From NCBI GenBank assembly GCA_043228905.1, contig JBHGNT010000012.1, forward strand, positions 5,642,001 through 5,706,000: 64,000 nucleotides of DNA, given 5' to 3'. The notes beneath the pieces were generated by a model. The model did no database searches, was not told where the DNA came from, and was given only the letters and a program-made list of their open reading frames with translations. Source of the stretch: Azolla caroliniana (Eukaryota > Plantae > Polypodiophyta). Both the position numbers and the translations under genes were made by a program. Below, in pieces: positions 39,201 through 51,900 of the stretch; positions within the stretch are counted from its first letter, which is position 1; each line of letters begins with the position of its first letter.

Positions 39201-41652
39201 TCTTGGTGCTGATGTCGGGTGTGATGCAGGTACCTGTTTGCCATACTGGCAATGTTTGCAGAATTGGTGATCCGAGAAGGAGAGCTTGGGGATGTAACCG
39301 GCTCTGGATAGGTGCGTTATGCTGGCCTTGTTGAGGTGTCCAAGTCGTCCGTGCCATAACGATGACACGGGGATATCAACAAAAAATAAGTCACCCTCTT
39401 TGAGTGTGACATATAAAGGGTACAAGGAATGTACCTTTGGTCCTCGAGCAAGCAGGAGGTTCGCTTTGTGGAGTGTCCACCCTCCTGATGAGAATCCGGC
39501 ACGGATGCCGGCTTCGTCAAGTTGTCCGACTGAGATCAAGGGTCTTGAAAGGTCAGGAATGTGTCGAACGTTGTGCAGTACAAGTGTAGAGCCACCTAGA
39601 AGGTTGAGCTCTATAGTGCTGATTCCGATTATGGCACAGTGTTGCGAGTTCCTGACTCGAACTGAGTCGGAGTGCCGGTCTGAGTATTGCTGAAACTGAG
39701 ATCGGTGAGGTGTCACATGATACGATGCGCTCGAGTCCAGGAGCCATGTGCTCGATTCCTCAGTCGTAAGTAGAACTTCTGATTCGATTGGGTTCTCTAT
39801 GGACAGTATGTTCGGGTCGGTCGTCAAAATTTTGGTTGAAGAGCCGACGTAGTTGACCTCCTCATGCCGGCTACTCTTCTGATCCGCTCTTTGAGCTTTG
39901 TCGTTTTTTGCTTTGAGTGCTCGGTAGTTAGCTTTGATGTGTCCTGGTTTCTTGCAGTAGTTGCAGATTCGGTTGTCCCGGGACTTGCTCCGGCTTCGCT
40001 AATTGTTCGGCGGTCGGGAAGAACTTCTTCCCCGGTTGTTCGATCGGTTGGTCGAACCTTGTACTACGTAAGCTTCATTTGCCGAGTCTTTGGCGAAAGA
40101 CTTTCTCCGAGCTGCTTCAGTCAAGATTGCGCTCGTGACTTCAGAGTACTTAACGGCAACTGTTGAAGCATTGCACACGGTTGTAACGAAAGTTTCCCGT
40201 GAAGAGGGGAGACTACTCATGAGTATCATTGCTCTAAGTTCATCCTCGATTTCCGTCCCCTGAGACGAGATTTGGGAGCTTATACTTTCGTACTCGTTGA
40301 GGTGTGCCTGAACCGAATCAGATTCTTTCATTTGCAAATTGTAGAGGCGCCGGATCAGATACATCTTCGTTGCAACGACCTTCTTTTCATAAGTTTCTGA
40401 CAGTGTTTTCCAAAGTTCAAAATCTATCGTGCATGATTGCACTATGAAGTACACTGACTCCGACAAGTGCATCCGAATCGTGGTGCGGACAATTCTGTCC
40501 AGCTTTAGCCACTCGTTTGCGTTGTATGCTTCTGGAGGATTTTCATTCTCAATCGGGTCTATCTGACCCTTGACTATGAGATAGTCCTGCATTTGTTCCT
40601 TCCAGAAGTTGAAGTTCGAACCCGTCGAACCTCCTTAGACTCATCTCCGATGAGCCGTATGTTGATGCCATTTGCTTCGGTTTCGGTTGGTAAGACTCGG
40701 TTTGGAGTTGACTACGAACCTTAGTGGGGTGCAGCTGGTCGATTCACTTGATATCGTTCTAGTCGGTTTTGAACCCGAGTCGGTTTGGTTTCGGATACTT
40801 GTTGCTGAACTTACTCGGAGTGACTCCGGTAACTTGAGGGACAGAACCGTCTGGTCTTCCCGAATGTTGCGGAGTTAGAGTGAGCCTGGTTAGCTTCCGA
40901 TTGTATGCAGAATACCGATTACAAGAAACCGATTGTTTGGGCCGATTCTGCTTCGGGTGACTGTAGTGATGAGAGGGACGGATCCAACTGATCCTCCTGA
41001 ATGTCGATCAGCCGAATGAAGCACGAATTTGGTGGTTGCCAGGAGACCAATCTGCAGCGGGTGGTTACAACAAGCGAGTGAATAGCGTCCGGTGACCTAT
41101 TCAGATGTCGTTTAACTGAATGAAGCACGATTGGGTCGGGTGTTGCACAGGGAGCTCACCTCAAGTGGTTACAATCACAGGAACAGAGTACAGCTAGCTA
41201 GCTTACTCCAATTAGTGATTTAACATAGTGAGATGCAAACTTCTTGTTTGTCTTGTCTCTTCGTTGTTCTTCAAGAAGTTACAAAAAATAGAATGTCGTG
41301 TTGTGCGATGACGACCGACAACGGGTTGAAGAACCTCCAACGCTCTGATACCAAATGTTGGGGAACAAGGTCGTTAGTGCAGAAGAACAAGCAACATTTG
41401 TGATGGTGAAGAACCTGCGTATGCGAATGAGCAATACACAAAGAGAGAGATAGGCACAAAAGAAACGTTATATTTCTCAATAGCAATAGTTACAAAATAA
41501 CAACAACCGACCTTTTCTAAAGGTTACAAAGTCATTATATATAGTGAGTATCCTAGGGCAACTGCCCTTTATGCTATTTACAGAAATAGCCCAAACTTGG
41601 GCTGTCCAAAAAGGACAATGTGAATACGGCCATTATACACTCGTATTCAACA
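36140..41652 (-). mobile_element. Copia 3, full length, inserted in the integrase of element A
   Basis: LTRs 36140-36465 and 41356-41652, TSD CGACC/TGACC, iMet PBS at 41342-41353. Contains gag, PR (LDSSAS), INT, RT (YVDD) and RNase H with a few stops. Confidence 0.95.
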
Positions 41653-42492
41653 TGACCCATTTCGTTCAGTAATCGGTTGGTACTAGTATATATTGTTTCC
41701 GGTTTGTGTGGTGGGGGGTTTAAAAGGGCCTACGAAATCCAATCCCCATTTTTGGAATGGTTCCAAGGGAAGGATTGGCTAGTGAGGCATGCAGTCATGC
41801 TCATTTGGTTGTCCCATCCATTGACAGAGATCACATTGTTTACAAAAATCGTGAGCATCCTTTTTTGTGGTCGGCCACCAGAGGCCACTCTGCCAAATTT
41901 TTCGGGCTGTGGCGTCGCCTGCATAATGCTTGCCCCCGATTCCGTGGTGAGCTTCCCGAAGTACGACGTCTTTCTCGAATTGTCAAACCGCGTGCCTCCA
42001 GATGCCATCCGAGGCTGTGATACAACGTATTCGTGAAAAGACAAAAATTACGGCTTCGGACTGCTAACCGTTTTCTAGAGTCAATTGTGAGGTGGTTCGG
42101 GGGAAGTCCTGTACTAAGGAATTGTGTCATTTTGGTGATCCAATCATCATTAGGATCATAGTTGATGGGTGCTGTGTCAATGGAGAATAGGGCGGTCTCC
42201 GGTAAGTCACCGTATTCCTGGTCCGGCTGTTCTCCCGTGTCCAAGCGGCTAAGCTAGTCGGCAATCACGTGTTGAACTCCTGGTCGGTGTTGAATCTTGA
42301 AATCGAACTCCTGAAGGAGCAACATCCATCGTGCTAACCAACCAGTCAAAGCTTGCTTATTTACAAGGTAAAGTAGTGCCAAATGATCTATGTGGAATGT
42401 GAATTTTCGACCGAGCAGATAGTGCCGAAATTTCGTAATGCTATATATCATGCCGAGTGTTTCTTGTTCCATGGTGGAGTAATTCTTTTTGC

Positions 42493-43401
42493 TGTCGAGA
42501 GTCGTATGGGAAGGATGGGCATGCTCGAAATGGAAGACAAAGTCGGGCAAGGCCAACGAGGAAGCGACGGAACTTGGTTAATCACCATTGCCGAAAATCT
42601 CACCTCTTTCCCTTTCTTGGCACATACAGGTGGATGTGCGGTTTGGTGGGGGTGGATGTCATGAGGATTTTCGGCCATGGTGAGAAAACCAAGTGGGATG
42701 GATAAAATGGGGATGTGCAACATTGCACATGCGCTTGGAAGATTTGTAAAAGAAAAAAATGTAAAAAAGGAAGGGTAAATGTAAGGTGTTAAAAGTGCAC
42801 TACGAAACTTCATAAAGTGTAAATGTGGTGTGCACTTATGTGCACATGCACATGTAGACTAAAGGGAGAGTACATGAAGTATGGGTGTAGTGAGTAGTGG
42901 GCGTAGTGTGTGTGTGAGGAGAGGGAGTAAAGGCTCCATCAATCTCTCCTCCTAAGATAAAGGCCAAATATTCCCCAATTAGAAGAACGAGGGGGTTTAC
43001 CTCTTCTTTATGTAATGTGCCTCACCCCTTACTACTATAAAAGAGAATGAGGGGCCATTTTTGAGGGGCTTCCACTTTTTGGGTTTCTTTGGGTTGCCAT
43101 TAGGGTTTCCGAATTTTGGGTTTTAGGATCTCTCTTTAGGGGTTTCATTCGTCTTCTTCTTCTTCTTCTTTTCCCCTATCCAGTTAGGGTTTCATCTAGA
43201 GGGTTTACATTCGGCCTACACGGCCACGATTGTAATTGGTGTGGTGCTTTCCATGTCTTGTTTAGATCTTGTTCCCTTGAATCTTAATCTTTCTCTTCCT
43301 TCTCGGTTGAACTCCCAAGCTTCTCTCCCTCCTCCTACTCCCTAGTCCAAGACCCCCGTGGTCCCGTCCTATCCGACACGCACACGTGGATTTCCGCGAC
43401 A
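42493..43401 (+). mobile_element. Solo LTR of the B/C class with no TSD
   Basis: TGTCG...CCGCGACA ends, TATAAAAGAG at ~43036, 3' end similar to the B LTR. Its flanks differ (RNase H on the left, gag end on the right). Confidence 0.8.
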
Positions 43402-46400
43402 TCATCTCCTTGAAGCGAGGTAGCAGGTGGAGCAATTTATACAACGACATTGAGATTTGGGAGTCTGCGAGTGCCTGCCACCCAGGATCGGTATCAATGT
43501 GATCGGTAGAGGTAGATCGATTCGAGTGTGCGGTCTATAGTTGGCCATGTTTCTGTTCATTGGATTCCGCTATGTCAGCTTTCATACGGTCTATGTTGGC
43601 GTTATTAGTTGCATCTACCTAGTCCTTAGCCTGTTGCCGAACGGAGTCCTAGATGTCCCACTGCGATTGCTGCGTGGTCTTACTGCGTGTGGTCACCTGC
43701 TGGATGTCAACCGTGCCCATATTTATTGCCGATGCTTTTCCCCTATTGTTGGTGGGGCACTGGTTGGCGTAGTGGTCTGGTTGATTGCAATTAAAGCAGG
43801 TGATGGGTGTCGAGGTACTGGGGTCGCCGTGCTCGAATTGGGTTTGTGGTACATTTTGTGGTTGATCTTCCCGCCCCTATGGGGAATATCCCTGTGGAGG
43901 GTTGCTCTGAGCCTACATTAGGGGGTTGCGCCAATTATTGTCACGTTGATTGCCAAAGTGTCGACGGTTGCTAAAATTTCGGAAACCACGATTATTTCGG
44001 AAGCCACGATAATTCCGTGGTGCATCGTGGTGGTGGTGGTGGTGATCTTGATGACAATGCTAGTGCTCGTTCGTATGGTTTGATTGATTGGGGTAGCAAA
44101 GGGGCTCGACATGATATTGGTTTTCCTTACTATAACACGCCGTGTCAGAGATACCTCCCCCGTGTTGTAATGTGGCCGATTTTCTTCCCATGACCGTGTC
44201 GCCTCTCTGTAGGGTGGGGGTGGTTGCGCATGATTGGGATGAGGCTCAATTTTGGTAAACTATGGCCGTGTTTGTTCGGTTCAACATGTTATATTCGCAC
44301 TGCTCTACCGTATGGACCCGTGAATGGCAGATGGGGCAGTGTGGTCGTGAAGGTCAGTCCAGGGCGGAGTGCCCAGTTCTGGCACATATCGTGCATTGTA
44401 GCGCTTAAGAGAACTGCGTTTCCTCAGTTGTTGGTAAGGCAGTTTTAAGCGTGCCCATTGCAAATGAATTACTATGATGTGCCCTATCGAGCGCAAGAAC
44501 GTGGGAACCACTTGCTTAATGGTTTGTTGTGAAAAATCCGTGAGAGCCAATGTCGTGCGTAAAGGCTCACGGAGACCGGCCAGGAACGTTGTCGTGAAGA
44601 TTCCGGGCCATGGTGAGAAACCGGGGAATATCGGAAGAATCGGCGGGGTGGAGCATATGCACTCACCCTTGTACAAATGGAGTAGGTGATAGGGGTGCCT
44701 TTATGGCACCGAGTAGGAGTTAAATCGGGACATAGAATCCCATGTACATCGGGATTTACCCCACATTGTAACACATCCCTCTCGTTGTTCTATAAAAGGA
44801 AGGGAGGGTCCCTTGTAGAGGGGTTGCCCATTTTGAGTTAGGAGGGTATACCACTTAGATCTAGGGTTTGGTAGTTTCTTTCTTCCTTAGTTACTTCTTA
44901 GGGTTTCATTTAGGTCTTCTTCTTCGTCATCATGTGTGTTGAGTCTTCGTGTCTGTTTAGGGTTTAGTCTGGTGAAGAGCTTGTATGTCCTATGGGGGTT
45001 TGATTCGGCTTGGCCTCCTGTGCAAGGCCCCGCTCGGACGCGACGAGCCCGAGAGCTCTCCGATCGGTGGCTTGGCGGCAGACTGCTGTTGTGACGTAAC
45101 CTACCTTAGTCTGGCTCAAAGTTGGAGTTGTATCTTGGTCTTGTAATTATATATATATAAGGTTGTGCATATTTGTGTCTCTGTTGGTGTTGGATGTGTT
45201 TCTTCCCCTTTGTTTCCTGTACATAAGAGGCGTGTGTTGAGTCGGTGTTGCGCGTGTGATCTCTCTCTCTCTCTCTCTCTCGCTCTCTCCCTCTCTCATG
45301 TTCGGTAGCCGCCGGTATACATCCGGAATCCCTATGGTCTACGCCACAACCGGTGCAGCCGGGACTAGAGAGAAGTTGGCTTCTCGACATCATCTCTTCC
45401 TCGTCCGAGACCCCCGTGGTCCCACCCCTTTCGACACGTACTCGCAGATTACCGCGACATCTTTGGTGAACCCGACGTGAAAGGGCGGCAAGGGAGGATG
45501 GAGTCGGAAGACGATGACTTCGCGGAGATGGTGGCTGAAGTGGTGTTGTAGTTCAGACGGGTGGTGGTGAGACAGGAAGTGGTGCAACAAGCTATTGAGC
45601 GAGTGGTTGAAAGAGTCAACCGTTTCAACGGGGACAAAGTCCCATTCTACTTGGAAGCCTACAACGCAGAAATGGAGGTGCGAGACGTAGATGAGGCATT
45701 GAGGCTGAAGTTCTTTTGTCGGGTCGTCGCCATCCGTATGCACGCGGAAGTGAAGAAGCTCTGAGAAGCTCATAGTTCGTGGGAGGCCTTCGAAGAGGTA
45801 CTCCTGCAGGTATATGGAGGACGGTGGAAGAGCCGGGGACGATACGACTTCGACCGATGGGTTGCATCGACGAAGACCCACCGGGGCACAACGAAGGAGT
45901 TTCGAGAGTTGGAGCGATGGCTTGCTCGGCTCCTAGAGCGGGAACAAAGTCTGACGAGGGTGGACAAAGTCCTGTTGTTCGTTAGGTCGATCGACCGAGC
46001 GGAACGGGAGGCCATCGGAATTGAGCTCGAAAACGACAATAGAGCAAATGGCCTTACCGAGGACTGGTCGGAACTCGAACGAGTATGCCAACGGTTGGAT
46101 GAGGAGCGGTCCGTGAAAGGTAAAGAGAAGGTAACGCGCGACGATGTGTCATCACGGCAGGAAGCGAACACGCAACAAGAAGGATCGGCGAAGTTCGATG
46201 TCGAAGCCTTGTTCCAGGAAGCGTTCAAGGCTCTAAAGGCGATGGTCGACAAAGAAGAGAGATCCAACACGCGGGCGAAGACTCAGAGCTAGTCGGCCTT
46301 CCGAACAAGGAGGACATGGCCTAGGCAGAGGTCGAAGAATGGTACGATGGTACCACGGGAGAGGGTGTGGAGCGAGACGCCCTCTCGACTTGCTGAGAAA

Positions 46401-48932
46401 GACCGGCCGTGGAGGAGGTCGGGAGCGGAGAAGAGCCCCCACACGCATTCTGGAGACTTTGGTAGTCGAGTCCGTGTGCCGACTGAAAACCGGACAGATG
46501 GAAGGCGCCAATGAGGAGTCCTGGCATGATGCCAGCGAAGTTGGAGGGGAAACGGCCTACAAGGAGGTCGAGGATGGAGCCGCGGCAGAGAAGAAAGAGG
46601 AAATGAGAGCCGGCGCCGAAGGGAGCCGAATCGGAAGTCGACTCGACCGGGGATTGAATTGGTCGGCGTTCCGATTCGGGTGGAGCACGATCCAGATGCG
46701 GAACGTTCGACAGGGGCAAGGTTCGGTATGAAGGTGCCGATACGAGAGAGGGTGCGGGACGAGCCACCCTCTTTTACATGGGGAGAAAGACCGATCGGGA
46801 GAAGGTCGGTAATTGGGAAGAAGATGATTGAGAGTACAGAACGAGTTCGGTAGAATCGGCATCGGAGCCGAAACTCCGGATATTGGAGAATCAAGCCCAG
46901 GCGGGGCTTAATCGATCATAGAGTGGGTGCTTTCCACCGACACTACTAAATGGGTCGGTTGCCTGGGACAAGTCATCGGGAGTCGTTACGAAATCGGTAT
47001 CCCCACATCTTGACTGGAGACTTTGGCAGTTTGGCCGGCGTGGCAAGGTGAGATCGAAAGAGAAGGGAGATGGTGGGGAAGCGTAAAGAAGGGGATCGAC
47101 AGCGGTGGGGAGAAACGAAAGAGGTGGTTGACTGAAGTATGGGTCCTCCACACTCGTTCCCGAGACTTAGGTGATTGCGTCCGAGAACCAACGGAAGACC
47201 TAAGAGACGGAAAGTGGCGGCGAGGACGCGGAGGTCACGACCAATACAACCGATCTGGAAGCGGTGGAACGAAGATCGGTCCTATAGGTCACCTCACATC
47301 GGGCTAGAGACTTCGGCGGTCGGCATCGGATCCGACGTAAGACCAAGATTCTGACGGTGGCGGCAAGAGAACGGGACCTGGCAATGCGGAGTGACGGATG
47401 AGCCTGGATGAGAACCGGCGGAGCGGACTTCCGGATAACTGATCCGGGAGGGAGGAGGAAACAGGCCTACGAAGAGGCCGGGAAGACGATACGGCGGTAC
47501 CACGGGAGAGGGTGTGGGGCGAGCAACCCTCTCAACATGTGGAGAAGGAAGACCCGAGATGGGGTCAGAATGACGAGAGGCCCAAGGAGGATCCTTCACA
47601 CCAGATCTATAGACTTCGGCAGTCGGTAGTAGAGCCAACGTAAGACCAAGAGACTGATGGTGGCGGCGAGGGGACGAGGGCAAAGGCAGCGATAGGACGG
47701 TCCTATGGGATCCTCACACCGATCCGGGGACACCGACAGTTCAAGCCGACATGGCGACGTGAGACCGAGTGAGAAGGATGGTGGCGGCAGGAAACGGGAA
47801 CCAGCGATGCGGGAAGAGAGAATGAGCGGACATGGTGGTATCAGAACGGCAAGGCGGCCACTAACCGAAACCGGGCCTTCTAGCAAGAAACAAAGGGAGA
47901 GTTGGGAACCCTAAACCCTAAACCCTAAACAAAGGAAGACAATGCGGAAGACGAGAGGAGAGAAAGGAAGACGGTCCTATGGGATCCTCACACCGATCCG
48001 GAGACACCGGCAGTTGAAGCCGACATGGCAACGTGAGACCGAGTGAGAAGGATGGTGGCGGCAGGAAACGGGAACCGGCGATGTGGGAAGAGCGACCAGG
48101 AGTCGACGAACCGAGATCCGGCGAGGCCATAGTTGACAGAGGCCGAACCCTTACTAGCCGGTTACGATTTCGGAGGGAAGCCGGTGAGGGGTTAGCAGGG
48201 AGCAGAGCAAGAGACGTGCGAGTGGCCATCAAGGGCCAAAGCGAAGCACGAGTACAGGACGGTGTTCGGCACAGGCGGTGCTGAACAAGGAAGACGGAAG
48301 ACGGCACACGATGGTGCCGAGAACAAGAGCATGGGCGCGTAACAGACTACGCAGATTGGAGAATCCTATGTAATGCATCCCTCTTGTTGTTCTATAAAAG
48401 GAAGGGAGAATCCTATGTACATCGGGATTTATCCCACATTGTAATGCATCCCTCTTGTTGTTCTATAAAAGGAAGGGAGGGTCCCTTGTAGAGGGGTTGC
48501 CTATTTTGAGTTAGGAGGGTATACCACTTAGATCTAGGGTTTGGTAGTTTCTTTCTTCCTTAGTTACTTCTTAGGGTTTCATTTAGGTCTTCTTCTTCGT
48601 CATCATGTGTGTTGAGTCTTCATGTCTGTTTAGGGTTTAGTTTGGTGAAGAGCTTGTATGTCCTATGGGGGTTTGATTCTGCTCAGCCTCCTGTGCAAGG
48701 CCTTGCTCGGGCGCGACGAGCCCGAGAGCTCTCTGATCGGTGGCTTGGCGGCAGACTGTTGTTGTGACCTAACCTACCTTAGTCCGGCTCAAAGTTGGAG
48801 TTGTATCTTGCTCTTGTAATTATATATATAAAAGGTTGTGCATATTTGTGTCTCTGTTGGTGTTGGATGTGTTTCTTCCCCTTTGTTTCCTGTACATAAG
48901 AGGTGTGTGTTGAGTCAGTGTTGTGCGTGTGG

Positions 48933-48964
<32 letters not shown>

Positions 48965-51900
48965 TCTCGTGTTCGGTAGCCACCGGTACGCGTTTGGAAT
49001 CTCTCCGGTCTGTGCCACAACTGGTGCAACCGGGACTAGAGAGAAGTCCGCTTCTCGACCCCATCTCTTCCTCCTCCGAGACCCCCATGGTCCCGCCCCT
49101 TTCGACATGTTGTCGCGTTGTTACGCGCGTGCGTGGAGAACAAGGCGGGACCACTGGGGTCTTGGACCGAGGAATAGGTGAGAAAAGGGGGGAGAGAGAG
49201 AGAGACACGCTCTCACACGTATAGACAAAGAAGCGCACGGGAACGCGGCCCAACAACACAGGAGACACGAGTTGAACGGGGAATAGAGTATATGAACACC
49301 AATGTACGTATATAAATATATGTATGCAGACGACGCGAACGGTTACAACCGATCAAGTCGGCTAGATGGATACCGACGCCTGATCACCCACGCGCGCAGA
49401 GGAGCAAGATGGAGATTCTGCCGGAAGCACACGGGCGTTCCACGGAGCAGAATTAGTCTCTCGAGAACCTGCGCAAAAGAAAGCAATGGAGAACGACAGA
49501 GAAGAGGAGCTCGGTCCTAGTCCGACAACACTTCGTCCCCTCTCGCGCGCCTCCCTTCTCTCCCCGTCTCCCTCTCTTTTATATCTCAAGGAGGGAGACC
49601 GTTTTCACCCATTTACATCACATTAATTCTTTGTCCTTTCGGACAGAGATACTCCTCGATTCTCCCTATAGAATATTGCTACCTAGGATTTGACTTTTGT
49701 GCCTACCTATCTATTATACAACAAGGGGCGTGCCCACGTGTAAGGGTCGGTTCACACACGCTATACATGGTTCGCGCCTGGGGACGGTTTTCTTCACGAC
49801 ATCCGCCCCCACCTAACCGCGCATCCACCGGTATGCGCCAAAATTGGGTTCCTACTGGAGAAAACCGGTCCTTGCTTTTATTCCTCGTTTACCGGTTCGT
49901 CCTCCGCCTCGGGCCGCTTGTCGTTGCTGTCCATGCCCCCTAGCTCCGGCTCACCGTCGTGTCGTTTCTTGAACATTTTGATCCTCTTCCCCACTACCGG
50001 TATCGCCATTCTCGTACCGTCGAGCTCCGTGAGATGGTACGTCCCATTGTCGTTGGCGCCTGTACTACGTAAGGCCCGAACCACCTCCTCGCAAACTTCC
50101 GCGTGGCCCTGTGCTGATTGTCAAGGCTGTTGTCGTAGACTAGCACCCAGTCACCTTCCTCGATCTTCCTTGGCCGGAGCCGGTGTGTTCGGTCGAACCG
50201 GGCTTTGTTCCTTATCCTCGCTACCCGAAGTTTCTTTGCGGCTCGCTCTACGTCCTCTGGCCTCCGCTCGAGCTGTAGAATCCGCGCCGCCAATAGTTCC
50301 TCCCGGCTCATCTCATCCCTCCAGTCCACCGTGGCCCACGAGGGGATCGTTCGCTCTGTTGGCATGATCGGCTTCTGTCCGAACATAAGCTCTGTCGGCA
50401 TGAACGCGGTTACCGAACTGTGCGTAGTTCGGTCCGCCGACAAGGCATAAGGTAGCAGCCGTGGCCAATTCCCGACTTGGCCTCCGCACGCCCGTACTAG
50501 CGCTTTGACAATCGGCCTGTGTCCGCGCTCTACCTTCTCGTTCGCCTCCAGATTGTACGCCGTGGTGAGCGAAAGTTTGACTCCTAGCCGGTCAAACAAC
50601 TCTTCGGCCTCTTCTGCGTCCAACTCACCACGGTCAGCCACAATCTTCCCTACGCACCCGTATCGACATATCACGTCCTCAATCAAAAACCGGCACACGG
50701 CTATAGTCATCTTGTTCTGCAGGGCTCGGCCTTCAACCTGGTTCGTTAGATCCTCCCGAGCTAGCACCAGATACCGCATCTGTCCTAACCCCATTGGCAT
50801 CGTCACCAAATCCACCATCCACTTGAAGTGGACGGTCAGAGGGTAGGTCGGGTGAAGCTCGTCCCGGTGTCGGATCATGGAGTGTAACTGACAGCTTTCG
50901 CAAGTCTTCATGAACCGATGCACGTCTCGGTATAGTCCCGGCCACCAGTACTTCCCCTTTAGCTTTTCGAACGTGGCCCACGTTCCACGGTGTCGAGCCC
51001 AAGGACTATCGTGGTACGCCGCCAACAAATCCTCCTGTTCCTCCTTCTTCGCCACCACTCGGAGCGGGATGCCGTTCCTCTTCTTCGGGTGCTTCCATAT
51101 GTACCCATCCCGGAGAAAGAATCGGTACGCTTTCTTCCGAATCCGGTTGGCCTCATCCCTTGTCCACGCCGCCTCCCGTGTCATTGTTTTCAGGAACCCG
51201 CCGATTTGCAGTCACTCCCCGTTGTACTTGTTCTCGTCGAAATCGTTAAGCGTTGGAGAGCATTCCCTACCGGTTGTTATGTAAGCCGCCTTGAAGAAGT
51301 CCACGCCGACTTCCTCGTCCTCCGAAACCATGCCGCCCTCTTTTTCGAACCTCGCCCTTGAAAGCATGTCGGCCATGGCATTGTATTTCCCGGAAATGTG
51401 TCGTATTTCCGGATTCAGGGACTTGATGTACGTTATCCACCTGAGCATTGCCAAGTCCGGCGTCGCGCATCCGGAAACCATGCCAAGAATTGGCAGGCAG
51501 TCCGTCTCGATAATTACCTCTGTCCCGATCAGGTAGTCTTTATCGGCCTTTACCGCCGAAATGATACCCCAGAGCTTGCGTTTAACTTGGGCGTATCCTC
51601 GCTGAGGACCTTCGCGCCGAACCGGATCGGGAAACGCATGCCGTCCTCGTCCTCTTGGTTGACGACCCACCCGATCCCGGTCGGACTCGTGTCTACCGTT
51701 ACGTAAATTGGAGTGCTCTTTCCGTAGACAGCCTTTCGGAGCGCCGGAGCCGCGGCAAGTGCTTCCTTCATCTTCCGAACAGACTCCGTATGCTCGTCTC
51801 TCCACTCGAATTTTCGCCCCTTTTTCAACAACCCGTATAGCGGCTCCGCGATGTGGGCGTAATGCGGGATCCATATGTGGTAGAATCGCATGCTCCCAAG

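Noticed and set aside
46233-48307. Many overlapping ORFs inside element B
   Set aside because: GC-rich, stop-poor sequence with no domain motifs.
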